Assembly (NCBI GenBank): GCA_030390025.1
Contig: JASTWF010000035.1
Span: 806,001-870,000, forward strand
Origin: Squalus acanthias
Lineage: Eukaryota
Reading direction: 5' to 3'
DNA length: 64,000 nt
A model generated the notes under the pieces. It worked only from the letters and a program-made list of their open reading frames with translations. It had not been told where the DNA came from and ran no database searches. Below, in pieces: positions 1 through 11,216 of the stretch; the first letter of the stretch is position 1; every line of letters begins with the position of its first letter. The translations under genes were made by a program, and so were the position numbers.

Positions 1-1371
1 CGAGGTGCTTGTTGCTGATCCAGGAGGGGACTAAACCTTGCTTTAAATCCTCCAGGTTGCTACGGCCCTTGCCCAGCAACCATGCCCCGTACAGCACACA
101 TACCTCATTGTGTGCAGCCTGATCCGATGCATTCCTATCCTCCCGTATGAGTGCATTTACTGTTTTGGCATGCCTTTCCAATTCTGCAATGATTTCCTTT
201 AAATGAACCGTCATAGCTTGGTCCTCATGTAGCTCTGAGCCTACCACTGTGTTCCCATCCTTCAGGATCTTTCTTAACAGGGTTTTTAAACCATTTATCT
301 GTGTCTGTAATTCCATGTCATCCAGGTTATTTATTACAGAGGACCCTGTACTATAGGCAGTGAAGACATCATTCCAGGCTCCCCTTCTTTGTCTACCCGT
401 GCCCATAGGGTTCTCAGGGTGTATTCTGTATAGCTCTACTTTGTCTATATTGGCAAAATCAAATTCGTAACATTTTCTAAACATTTCCTTTAGCAGGGCC
501 TGGTACAGCTGCTCCATCTCCTTAGGACACCACTCAGGTAAGTATACCTCGGTAAGGTTTAATATTACTGAAGCTACTGCATAGTGTACCCCCTGGTATA
601 GTACCTTTTCGGTTGGTACTAGGACTAACCCATTCCCTGGTCCCTTGGTTGTGGTAGGGCACTTTTCTTCCAGGGTTTTCGGTACCTGGGTCGTGGGTAG
701 GGAGTTCGGGTGTGTGCCACGAGTTCAGTGGCATTAACTGGGACCGGAATGTGTGGGACCACGCACCCATGCAGGCTAGAATCCCACCCTATCCCCTCCC
801 CGGCATCTTGCCATTGGCTGGAGAAGATGATGGATACCCCTGTGGGGCAGGCTTCCTCTGATCCCCACATACAAACATAGACTCCCTGTTCCGACTCCCA
901 CCACTTATCCCAACAAACACTCACTCCTCCTTGGGTCCCTGTGATTGTCCGGTAGGTGTCGTTCCCTAATCTTTCCCAGTCGGCTGTATGGTCCCCTGCA
1001 TCCCTGCTCAGCTTCCTGAGCCACCACCACCTATTCAGGGGAATTTGTCCCTTACAGGTAAGGCACACACGCTTCCCCTCGGTGACACTGACCCTTGTGG
1101 CAACGACCTGTATTCTGGGGCATGGGAGGGAGGCCTCCCCGTACGTGAACCCGGGCTGGTTGGAGTATTTAGTAGAGTTGGACCCCAGCCACCCTGGCCA
1201 CCTTCCCTCGTGGAAGTAGATGGCGAGCTCCTCCACTCCCCGCTCGCCACCCCCTGCGGTGACGACTGGTGCTCTCACTCCTGAGCACCCATAGATGTGG
1301 GAGTCCTCCACGTCACCTCGGTCACCGATGCTCACCCCTACCAGGGCGAGCAGGAGCAGAAACCTTGTCAT
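1..1371 (-). pseudogene. env: Env of element A: signal peptide, Ig-like domain, frameshift near 700-715, then F-type fusion protein (furin site RQRR at ~384-395) open to the window start
   Basis: Signal peptide MTRFLLLLALVGVSIG. Manual translation of 1-700 gives GNGLVLVPTEKVLYQGVHYAVASVILNL...GRQRRGAWNDVFTAYSTGSSV..., closely similar to element B env. Confidence 0.85.
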
Positions 1372-2026
1372 TCCGAATTCCTTTCTGTAGGGGCACTCAC
1401 AAAACATATATCCATGTCCCAGAAAGGTTCTCTGGCTGGACAATTAATCAAGCCCTTAAACTTAAAAACTCTACAAATAACTAAACTAATGATAACCCAT
1501 GACTACCAAAACTGCAATTACTTAAAACCGAAAATTCTGTACATTTGCCGCCCGTCTCCGGACGGCCAGGTTAAATCCTGTTTAGTCTCTGCCTTATGTG
1601 GCCTCTGGATGGCTTGTACACCTGGGTGTAGTGCGGCCTGTACCGCCGGACCCAGAAGGCCTTCCTCAAAACCACTGGGGGTATCTTAACATCCCAGCTG
1701 CGTCCTGTGCTGCAGCACACTACCCCCTTTGGTGTGGCTGCAGCGCCCTCGTTCATATCTGTGGGCTCCTCCCAGCCTGAGGCTGCAGGCTGGGGACCCT
1801 TCTCTCTCTCTTCTCCCAGTACTACCTCTCCTGTGAAACTCTCACTGTTGGAGGCTGTAGGCTGGGAATCCCCAACTTTAGAATGCTCCCTGCTCTTGGG
1901 CGCTCTTTTTCGGGTTGCAACCCTCTTTGGGTGGGACCCTCTAAACAGATACACCTGTGGCCACAGTAGCCTTTGCTGTGGTGTGCGGGGAGACCTTCTC
2001 AGGGCTCTGGCCACTGGGGGTGTGCT

Positions 2027-2779
2027 TCAGTCCCACATGATCGGTGGAGTGACCTCTCCTGTGAAACAGCACACTGTCCCTCCCGCTGCAGCTTGTGCGT
2101 CTGCCACAGCTGCAGCTGGCTGCGGATTTCTAACTTGGGAGCAGTCTACCTTTGCTGGCTGTTCCCTTTTAGGTTTAAACAGTTTACACTGGTCAATCTC
2201 CCATCCGTGGATTCTCTGGGGTTCTAACAGCAGCCGATCTTTCTGGTGCTGGCTCCCCAGGTTACTGGCTGCTTGCCAGTGACTCTGTTTTAAAATCTCG
2301 TCCTCTGGCCTGAACGGACCTTCTAGGGACTCCCCATTCTCTCTCTTTACCAGGACGGCCTTAAAGACGGGATTCTGGGCTTGGACCTGCTTCAAGTCCG
2401 GGGGCAAAGCTACCCCCTGTGTGCCTCCCTTGTTCCGGATTGCAGCTACCGGACTTGCCTTATAGGGATCCCAGAACTCTCCTTCCCTGGCCCCCTGCTT
2501 GGCCAACTTGTCGGCCTTTTGGTTACCCTCCCATGTGGTATGGAGGGTTCCTAAATCTATGTCCAAAGGTTTGGACATTGCCCCAGCCTGCTCGTTCCCT
2601 GTGAATCCCATTAAACTGTACGGGACCCCATTAGACCTGGGTGAATTGGTCAGGTCTGCCGAATGGACCACCGTGCTGGCAGCTCCGGTGTCCACCAAAC
2701 ATCTCCCCTGCACTTTCTCCACCCCCATCTTAACATCGTATCCCGGGGAACACAGGTGGACAGGCTGCGCTGGTTCCAG
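2027..2779 (-). pseudogene. pol: Deleted pol: aspartic protease N-half (LVDTGAASTVV) fused directly to the RNase H C-terminus (EGNQKADKLAK); RT and integrase core absent
   Basis: In frame with gag after a single TGA. The DTG motif and GNxxADxLAK motif are only ~55 aa apart. Confidence 0.8.
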
Positions 2780-4597
2780 TCATAGGTCTGCGTTAGGGCG
2801 GGCCGGTGGGATTAACGCACCAGTAGCTACCTTCCCTGGGCCACCAAACAGGACTCTGAAGGCCGCTACTATTGTGTCCAGTGTGGGGGAAGAGGTCGGT
2901 GCCTCTACTTTTGGGGCAGGAGCTGGGGAATTCTTTGTTAGCATATCCTTCCAGGGATTCCTACAGTCCTTTCTCCAGTGCCCAGTCTTCTCGCACCCGA
3001 AGCAGATACGCTTCATGTCGGAAGGTTTACCATCTTCCTGGTGCCACTCCTTCTTATCCTGACTGGGCTTTATCTCATGCACCTTCCCTTTCGGTGGGGG
3101 CTCTTCAGCCCCCCTAGCGTTCCGGTAGGCTAGGGTCAGTTGCCTGACCACTGCCTCCTCGGTGACCCCGGGATCTCTTGGGTCAAACCAAAGCTCAGCC
3201 TTGGCTTTGATTCGTGGCAAGCTGTTTGCCACTAGGCTACGGAGCCAGTGGGCCAGCTCGTCCCTGTTCAGGTTAGCTCGGTCGAGATCCCTATTACAAG
3301 CACCCTTGTACACCGGCCACAGCCTGTCTGCGAAAGCCTGTGGGGTCTCCCCTACGAGCTGCACTGTTTTCTCCACCCGGGAGAAAGGACTTCCCTCATT
3401 CATTCCCATGGCCTCTAAAACCTCCTCTCTGACGGCAGCATACCCATTCTGTCCTCTCTTGCTCTCGGCAGAGAGGGACTGGTATAGTTTGCCATCTAAT
3501 GAGAACAGGAGCATTTTTGCCAAGTCGGCATCATCACAGTCATTGATGCCTGCTGTCTGTTCCACTTCCATGAAGTGGAGTGAGGGGTCTTCCTTTTGGG
3601 TAAGTTTACTCAGGTGGCTTACCATAGCCCTAAGCTGTTGTGTACCGTGGGGAGCCACGAATTGATTTTCAAGGGGTCCCTGACCTCCACTACCGGCGGG
3701 CAGGCCAAACTTTTGCTGTCGTGCTGGGCACATTGGCCCCGGCTCCGACCTCTCCTGCATCGGTTTACCCCCCTCTCCCTGCTGCCAGACCGAGTCAAAA
3801 CTCGCCGCCACAGGTGCTGGTGTGCACTCCCTGTCAGCCTCACAGATTGTCTGCCCCTCCTGCTGCCTAACCAAGCTTCTCCTTGGCGCCACAGGTGCTG
3901 GTCGAACAGTCTCCCCTTGCTCTTCCAGGTCTACCTGGGCCGCACCCGGGCTTATCAGGCACATCATGCCTTTTGTCTTGGACAGAGCACGGTTCAGACT
4001 CTCAATCTGCTTCTGACAGGGGCCGTGGTCCCCTACTTCAAACCCCCTTGTACTAGCTCCTCTGTAAGCTGCCTGAACATCTTTTAACTTCTCTGTGAGT
4101 TCCCTTAATTGCGTGGCAAGGCGGGTGTTCTCTTCCCGCAATGCCAGTTCACTACTTTTGGCCTCGGTGGCCTGACACTGGAGGTATCCCTTACTGGCAC
4201 GGTGTTCCTCCAGTATCTGTGACTGTTCCTGATCTTTTGTGTCTAGCTCTGCTAATAACCTCTCCCCTGCTATAGCTCTGGCACGGGACAGTTGGCTTTC
4301 TTGCTTTAGCTCTTCTGTGAGAGCCTGAATGCGCTTCCCCATAAGCTGCATTTGTTTCTGGGAGCAGACCAACCATATGGCTTTCTCCACAGACTTATTG
4401 TATTCCTTGCTCTCAGTCCATGCAGCTGCAGCGTCCATAGGACGTTCAGCATGCAACAGCCTGAGGACCCATTTCTTGGCGATATTGACTTTTTTATATA
4501 CATAGGATGACATCCTCTCTTCCATTCTTGTTCTCTCCTCAAAACCAGCATTTACTGCTTCACAACCCTTTCGCCAAAGTCCTGTCACGGTCGCCAT
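2780..4597 (-). CDS. gag: Gag polyprotein of element A (~605 aa, open): N-terminal coiled coil, capsid with MHR-like QLVGETPQAFADRL, CCHC knuckle CFGCEKTGHWRKDC
   Basis: ORF track 2780..4630; the ATG at 4597 aligns with the gag start of element B; CX2CX4HX4C motif present. Confidence 0.9.
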   Translation of the reverse strand: MATVTGLWRKGCEAVNAGFEERTRMEERMSSYVYKKVNIAKKWVLRLLHAERPMDAAAAWTESKEYNKSVEKAIWLVCSQKQMQLMGKRIQALTEELKQESQLSRARAIAGERLLAELDTKDQEQSQILEEHRASKGYLQCQATEAKSSELALREENTRLATQLRELTEKLKDVQAAYRGASTRGFEVGDHGPCQKQIESLNRALSKTKGMMCLISPGAAQVDLEEQGETVRPAPVAPRRSLVRQQEGQTICEADRECTPAPVAASFDSVWQQGEGGKPMQERSEPGPMCPARQQKFGLPAGSGGQGPLENQFVAPHGTQQLRAMVSHLSKLTQKEDPSLHFMEVEQTAGINDCDDADLAKMLLFSLDGKLYQSLSAESKRGQNGYAAVREEVLEAMGMNEGSPFSRVEKTVQLVGETPQAFADRLWPVYKGACNRDLDRANLNRDELAHWLRSLVANSLPRIKAKAELWFDPRDPGVTEEAVVRQLTLAYRNARGAEEPPPKGKVHEIKPSQDKKEWHQEDGKPSDMKRICFGCEKTGHWRKDCRNPWKDMLTKNSPAPAPKVEAPTSSPTLDTIVAAFRVLFGGPGKVATGALIPPARPNADL

Positions 4598-4599
4598 TA

Positions 4600-5713
4600 T
4601 GTAGTGGGTGGTAATGGGGTCAGCCTTCACCTCTGACTCAGTGAGCGGTTCGAATCACTCCCACACCCCTGGTTCCTAGACTTTGGACTTATTTAGGGGT
4701 TGTGAACAAAAATGCAGCAGACAACAGGTTCCGATGAAAGAATTTTGACTTTATTAAAAGAAAAAGGTAACAAACTTAAAACACACTTAATACTTAAACA
4801 CAGGTTGGAGAACACACGGTACAGGCGAGGGAGAAATACAATATACCAAACAAAAAACCTTATCCCTCCCAAAGATCCCACTATCTAGCTAGATTTTGGT
4901 TTCAGGAGATCAGGGATAATGCTACCAAATGAATCCTTTGACAGGGTTTTAGAGTCTTTTGAGTTTCATAAGGCCCTTGTTGCTGCGAGGTGTCCGATGG
5001 TCACTGAGGCAGTCGCTCTGGTTTCTTCTTGTGTGATGGTCTGTTTGTGAAGTTGTTGGCCTTCCTTCCTCCTCCTCCTCGTGGCTTGTGGTGTCTTTGC
5101 TGGAGCAGAGCTGAGAGAGAGACAGAGCTGTGCCAGCGTTGTCAGCGAGTCCAAAGAGAGCGAGCCCTCGGACATTAGGCTCCAATTATACTGTCCTTTT
5201 CGTGCCCAAAACCCCTTACTAAAACGGTTTCCTTTAGATTTCAAATGAGCCCTGTTTAGTCCATTGTCTTAGTTTTGGTGGGCTTGCCAGTTTCGATGGC
5301 TTTAACTTGGTGTTAAACATGTCCTGATAGCTTCCGATTTAGGCAAGGCCTTTATCTACGCGCCAAATCTCGTAGATCAGGAGGAATTTCTTCACCCAGA
5401 GAGTGGTGAACCTGTGGAATTCTCTACCACAGAAGACAGTTGAGTCCAATTCATTAAATATATTCAAGAAGGAGTTAGATATATTTCTTAAGGCTAAGGG
5501 GATCAAGGGATATGGGGAGAAAGCAGGGACAGGGTACTGAATTTGGATGATCAGCCATGATCGCATTGAATGGTGGAGCAGGCTCGAGGGGCCGAATGGC
5601 CTACTCCTGCTCCTATCTTCTATGTCTATTTCTATGTTTAATTAATTTGATTTTGAATGATGACTCAGTCATCCTAACTGGCAATTAAGAAGAGTTGAGC
5701 TCCATCTGTCACA
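4600..5713 (-). repeat. 5' LTR of element A, interrupted by a CR1 3' fragment (~5377-5637)
   Basis: Ends in ...CTACA on the minus strand just before the PBS; AATAAA at ~4750-4755 (minus). Shares a ~35-bp block (4910-4945) with the solo LTR at 51687-51720. The outer boundary (TGTGACAG at 5713) is inferred. Confidence 0.65.
5377..5637 (+). mobile_element. CR1 LINE 3' end fragment
   Basis: Encodes RNFFTQRVVNLWNSLP, followed by the CR1 3' UTR and (TCTATG)n tail. Confidence 0.9.
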
Positions 5714-5769
5714 GTTTCGCTCACTCATTCCATCTGTCTTTGTAACTTCCTGCTCCCATCCACACAGCT

Positions 5770-6500
5770 TACTGTGCCTCACCCAATCATTGCCTCCAGA
5801 ACCGTTCTTGACGATTTCCCCAACAGTCAACACAGGCCCTCGATCATCAACCTTGGCATCGAAATTCCTGTCATTACATCAACACCGGAACCGTGATGGA
5901 ACTTCAAAAAAGCAGACTGGGAAACCTTCCAAAGGTCAGTTGACTCCATCAGGTGGATTCCACCAACCACCGACGCCTTCAACAGATTTATAGGAGTTAT
6001 TAAAGCTGCCGCAAAACGCAGTATACCTCGGGGGTTTAGAAAGACATTTATTCCTTGTTGGATGGAAGAAAGCGAGGCTCTCTACCAGGAGTATTCGCTG
6101 AACAAAAACCCGGCCACAGCCACCGCAACGCTGGAGTCCTTGAACTCGGCGAGACCTGAAGGGTGGAGGAGCCTTGTGGAGAAGACCTCACTCCAGCAGG
6201 AAAGCACAGGCCCTGCTCCATCAACTTGGCAGGCCAAACCCCGCCTATAAACACAGGACCACCATCAGAGCGGACACCATTGCATCCCACTTGATACAAA
6301 CATCAAAGGCTCCGGTGGACAAAGAATTGAGACGCCGGGTGAAGCGGCAGCTTTTGACAAACTTGATGGCGGCACCAACTATGTCTGATCCATTGACCTT
6401 GGACGAACTAAATGCAGCCCTGTCGACAACCAAATCTGGAAAAGCTGCTGGTCCAGATGGTGTTTACCCAGAATTCCTAAAAGCACTGGGTCAAAATTCA
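5770..6500 (+). mobile_element. Ingi/Vingi-like LINE fragment (endonuclease-RT linker)
   Basis: Translates to LDDFPNSQHRPS, WNFKKADW, SIPRGFRKTFIPCW and KSGKAAGPDGVYPEFLK. Confidence 0.6.
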
Positions 6501-6516
6501 ATCAAGGTAGTGAGAT

Positions 6517-6690
6517 CCGTGCTGACTGTCCTTGATTAATCCCTGCCTTTCTAAATGACGATTGATCCTGTCACTCAGAATTTTTTCCAATAATTTGCCC
6601 ACCACTGAGGTTAGGCTGACTGGCCTGTAATTACTCGGTCTATCCCATTCTCCCTTTTTAAACCAGGGTACAATGTTAGCAGACATTTTT
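6517..6690 (-). mobile_element. CR1 ORF2 fragment
   Basis: FKKGEWDRPSNYRPVSLTSVVGKLLE. Confidence 0.85.
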
Positions 6691-6699
6691 TAGATCCTG

Positions 6700-8012
6700 A
6701 ATGGGCAGCTGATACCTGTAGCTTGCAACTCCTGCACCATGTGGGAACTTCAGGACACTTCATGTGTCTTGGGGGACCATGTGTGTAGGAAGTGTTTGTC
6801 CAGCTGCTTGAGCTCGAGCTCAGGATTTTCCGAGCTTGAGGGGCAGCTGGAGTCACTGCCGAGCATCAGGGAGGCTGAGAGTTTCCTGGACCGGATGTTC
6901 CAGGAGGTGGCCACCCCACAGGCAGTGTGTGTTCAGGATAGTCAATGGGTGGCCATCCGCAAGAGTAGGAAGAGGCAGGAAGTGCAGGAGTCTTTGGGGT
7001 GTGTGTCACTCTCAAACCGGTACGCAGACTGCTGGGAGTGACGACACCTTGAAGGAGTGCAGTCCAGACCATGGCACCAATGGGCAAGAGACTGCACAGG
7101 GCAGAGGAATAGCAAAGTGTAAAAATGCAGTCGTTCTAGGAGATTCCATAGTTAGGGGGACAGACAGGCGATTCTGTAACCGTCACCGTGAGTCCGCATG
7201 GTGTGTTGCCTCCCTGGTGCCAGGGTAAAGGACATCACTGAGAGGGTGCAGAATATTCTGCAAGGGGAAGGGAGTGAGCCAGAAGTTGTGGTACACGTTG
7301 GTACCAATGACAGAGAGAGGACAGGTATTGAGGTCCTACAGTCAGACTTTCAGGGGCTAAGGAGGAAGTTAAAAAGTAGGACCTCAAAGGTAGTAATCTG
7401 TGGATTACTCCCAGTGCCACGCGCCAGCGAGAGTAGAAATAGGAAGCTAGGGAGGATCAATGCGAGGCTTGAGGCATGGTGCAGGAGGGAGGGCTTCAGA
7501 TTCTTGGGGCATTGGGACCGGTTCTGGGGCAGGAGGCACCTATTCAAAAGGGACGGGTTGCACCTCAGCAGGACTGGGACCAATGTCCTCGCGGGGAGGT
7601 TCACTAGTGTGGTTGGGGTGGGTTTAAACTAAATTGGGAGGGGGGGTGGGCACACGAGGAGGGTCGATGAGGGTAGTGCATTTGATTTAGTCTACATGGA
7701 TTTTAGCAAGGCTTTTGACAAGGTCTCACATGGCAGACTGGGTCAGAAAAGTAAAAGCCCATGGGATCCAAGGGAAAGTGGCAAGTTGGATCCTAAATTG
7801 GCTCAGTGGCAGGAAGCACATGGTAATGGTTGATGGGTGTATTTGTGATTGAAGGCTGTTTCCAGTGGGGTACCGCAGGGCTCAGTACTAGGTCTCTTGC
7901 TTTTTGTGGTATATCTCAATGATTCGGACTTCAATGTGGGGGCACGATTAAGAAGTTTGCAGATGATACAAAAATTGGTCGTGTGGTTGATAGTGAGGAA
8001 GAAAGCTGCAGA
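6700..8012 (+). mobile_element. CR1 LINE ORF1 (SGNH esterase) remnant plus RT fragment
   Basis: VVLGDSIVRG, VHVGTND and DGLHL motifs, then SGVPQGSVLG. Confidence 0.85.
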
Positions 8013-8444
8013 CTCAATCGTTCTGAGGGTGCACCATCACAGGACTCATGCAGACCATGCACCAGCTCAGACACTCGCACTTTGGTGGGTCCAGTTGTAG
8101 AGATAGTTGAGTATTCAGCTGGTGACTCACACTTCACAAGCGAGCAAGAGCTGACGGTGGTGGCAGGGACAGCAGCAGAGAGTCTGCATTGGAGGCTGCA
8201 GCCCTCTCCAACCTCTGCTCAGCTTCAGGTGCCTCGACAGATCCGGAGGCGCCTTTCACTACTCACAGCAGCGAGGTTTGGACCTGCAGGAGGAACAAGG
8301 CGCAGAGCACAGATCCTCATCGGAGGAGTCCGAGAATGATGGGTAGGAGGAATGAGGAGGAGCAGGATAATGATGAGGAGGAGGCAGGTCCCACCAATGT
8401 GCGAGTATCTGAGCTGGTGCACGGTCTGCAGGAGTCGTGTGATG

Positions 8445-8792
8445 GTGCAGGAGGGAGGGCTTTAGATTCCTGAGGCATTGGGATCGTTCCTGGGGGAGGT
8501 GGGACCTGTACAAGTCGGACGGGTTACACCTCAACAGGGCTGGGACCAATATTCTCGCGGGGAGGTTTGCTAGTGCTGTTGGGGAGGGTTTAAACTAGCT
8601 TGGCAGGGGTTGGGCACCAGCATATAGAAGTAGAAAAGAGGAATAAGGTGCATAAAAGAGTGAGTTTGTTGGATAGTACTAGAGAAGATAGTACGAGAGG
8701 CGGAAGTAGTATCATATTAGATAGGAGCAGACTAAGAAAGACTACGAAAAATTCAAAAATGGGTTTAGAATGCATGTACGTAAACACACAAA
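8445..8792 (+). mobile_element. CR1 ORF1 end/ORF2 start, split by the Harbinger insertion and resuming at 22281-22625
   Basis: CMYVNTQ|SVVNKVGEL reads through once the Harbinger element and the AAA duplication are removed. Confidence 0.85.
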
Positions 8793-9125
8793 GGGGGAAA
8801 AATTAGGTCGCGCCCCGTTTGGGGCGCAAATATCGTCTGGATTATCGCCACTGACTGGAAACTTCACTTTTACCATCCCGGGAGGTGAGTGGAGCGCTAA
8901 ATCAGGCGCTGCACACCTGTCTTAAGGCGCAAAGGCCGAGCAGTGAGGCGCGAACTCAGCGCGCGAGCGCAGCGCAGGTGCTGCCAGTTAGCGAGGGAAC
9001 ACAGACACACTGGCGCCGGCCAGTTCTTAAAGGGGGGGGGGCAACTTGCTCCCCAGCCACACCCTGCTCATTGCAGCCTTGAATCTCGGCCTGGAGAGAC
9101 CTGTGAATCCATTTTGCTGCCAAGG

Positions 9126-10944
9126 ATGGAGAGGGTGAGAGAACGAGCTCAGCGCTTCACCGAGCGGGCCTTGGATGCTCTGGTTGGCGCGGTGGAGCGC
9201 AGAAGATCTATGCTCTTCCCTGAGAGTGGCAGGAGGCCTTTGCCACGCGAGTACAGAAGAGTGTGGAGGGAGGTGGCTCAGAGCGTCTCCTCCAGGAGCA
9301 TGGTGCCCAGGACCCATGTTCAATGCCGCAAAAAGTTCAACGACCTCACTCGGGTCGTCAGGGTGAGTGGTTTTTTCTCAATACCTCTCCATCCCTCCAT
9401 CTCAACCTCACTCTATGGCCAGAGGGTCTTAAAACCCCAATGCACAACACTCATCCAACACCTATGGCCCTTTCATGAAACACACACACACATTCCACAC
9501 TTTGCATACAGTAAGGGCTATTCACCTATGGGAGGCACATCAGGCAAGACCATGGCTGCATACAGTAAGTCTATTCACCTATGGGAGGCACATCAGGCAA
9601 GACCATGGCTGTATATTTACTCAGATGCTGTCCTTTTTCTTGCAGGCCAAGCTGGCGCATAATCGGAGACAGCAGCAACGGACAGGTGGAGGGCGGCCTC
9701 AGCTGCAACCCCTCAGCGATCTTGAGGAGCGCGTCCACAGGATTGTGGCAAGCCGGGTGATCGGTCCCGTCGCCACTGGAGACGCCGACCCTGTTCTGGA
9801 CAGCAATGGTAAGGTCATCGCCTTTTTGTCCTCTGTCCTTCCACTTGTCCCTCACAACACCAGCCTTTGACACTTTCAATCCAACTTGCTAACTCGCTGC
9901 ACTTATTCCTCCCTTACTGCCACCCTGTCCTCACGCTAAAGCCACTCTTGTACCTCCCTGCTTTCAGATGGTGATTCACCAGCTGAGGAGACGGGCCCTG
10001 AAGCTGCCAGTGGGAGTGAAGCTGCAGCCGAGGAGGAAGAGGAAGCCGGAGCATCAGTGCCACCCTCTCCCGAGGAAGCCCATGCCCACACTGGGAACAC
10101 GCCTTCCCTGGAGGGGAGCAGGGGGGAAGGGTCTGATGAAGGTGAAGCTCCAGGACCCAGCGGGCTGCAGCAACGCCATGGGGGTAGGGAAGAACGGGGG
10201 CCTTCTCCCCAGAGGGAGAGTATGCCAGCGACTCCTACTGCAATGGACGCAGAGGAGGAGCGGCTGATCGCAGAAATGAACACCCAGGCGGTGGGCATGC
10301 ACACTGAGCTCATGGGTGCAGTGGGAAGGGTGCCCGAATGCATTGAGTCACTGGCAAGGAGTGTGGAGCACTTCGCTGTAGCACAGGCGGATGCCACACT
10401 AAAGCTTAGTGCTGCAATTCAGTCATTGACTGCCGTGATCCCATCTCTGACTGCTCTCATGCAGACTCAGATTGAGGCCACGCGAGCACTGACTGCTGCC
10501 AACCTCGATGGTTCGTTCACATGTCCCCGGGGCTGTCACCGCGCCGCAGCAGGCCAGCAATCTGTGCTCCAGCAGATTGCTCCGGATGCTGAAGTGCTGC
10601 CCCGTGGGAGTGCCAGTGTGTCGGTCGAGCAGGGAGTTGCTGTCCTCTCTCACGATGACAGCATTCCTGCTGCCAACACTGTCACTTCTCCACTGCACTT
10701 GCCACCGCCTGTAGGACAGACTGCTGCCGCCCATGCAGAGTTGGTGCAGTCTGCAGCCGGGCCCTCCAGGCCCAGAAGTGGTCGAGGCCGTCCTTCAGGG
10801 GCATCTGCAGTGTCAGGGTCTGACGAGCAGCAGCCTTCCACCAGCCTTGCTGCAGCCACTGAGGTCCCATTACGGAGGAGCAGTAGGGTTAGAAGGGGGG
10901 AAGTGCGCAAGGGAAGGAGATCACCCTCGAAGGGCAAAAAGTAG
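9126..10944 (+). CDS. Harbinger Myb/SANT-like DNA-binding protein, 3 exons (9126-9362, 9646-9808, 9968-10944; ~458 aa spliced, open)
   Basis: RFTERALDAL...WREVAQ...QCRKKFNDL trihelix motif; GT-AG introns whose phases join into one frame. Confidence 0.85.
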
Positions 10945-11216
10945 GAGGAGTGACAAAATGCTGGTCATTTTTTTATTAAAGGCTGAGGTTCGTGGTCCAA
11001 CTTTTGTTTAGTGTTTTGAACATTATCTCCAGGTTGTGAGAACCAGTTATGTTAATGACTGTTTTTTTGTGTTTATTTCTATGAGTTTGTCATGAGGAAA
11101 TGACACACACAGAGTTTGTAAAATAAATAAGTTTTTGTATTCAAAATATACATGTTTGGTGTTTGGAATCATTGGTGCCTTGGCCGGCTTAGGGGTTGCG
11201 TGCTGGGTTCATTGAT

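Larger units (their letters stand above)
1..5713 (-). mobile_element. Endogenous retrovirus-like element A (lokiretrovirus-like, pol internally deleted); 3' end lies outside the window
   Basis: Minus-strand order is LTR (~5713-4600), PBS, gag, protease/RNase H remnant, env. Gag and env are clearly homologous to element B at 11217-20564. Confidence 0.85.

Noticed and set aside
8020..8445. Acidic ORF fragments with an internal inverted duplication
   Set aside because: Probably debris of an older repeat family; I cannot assign it from sequence alone.
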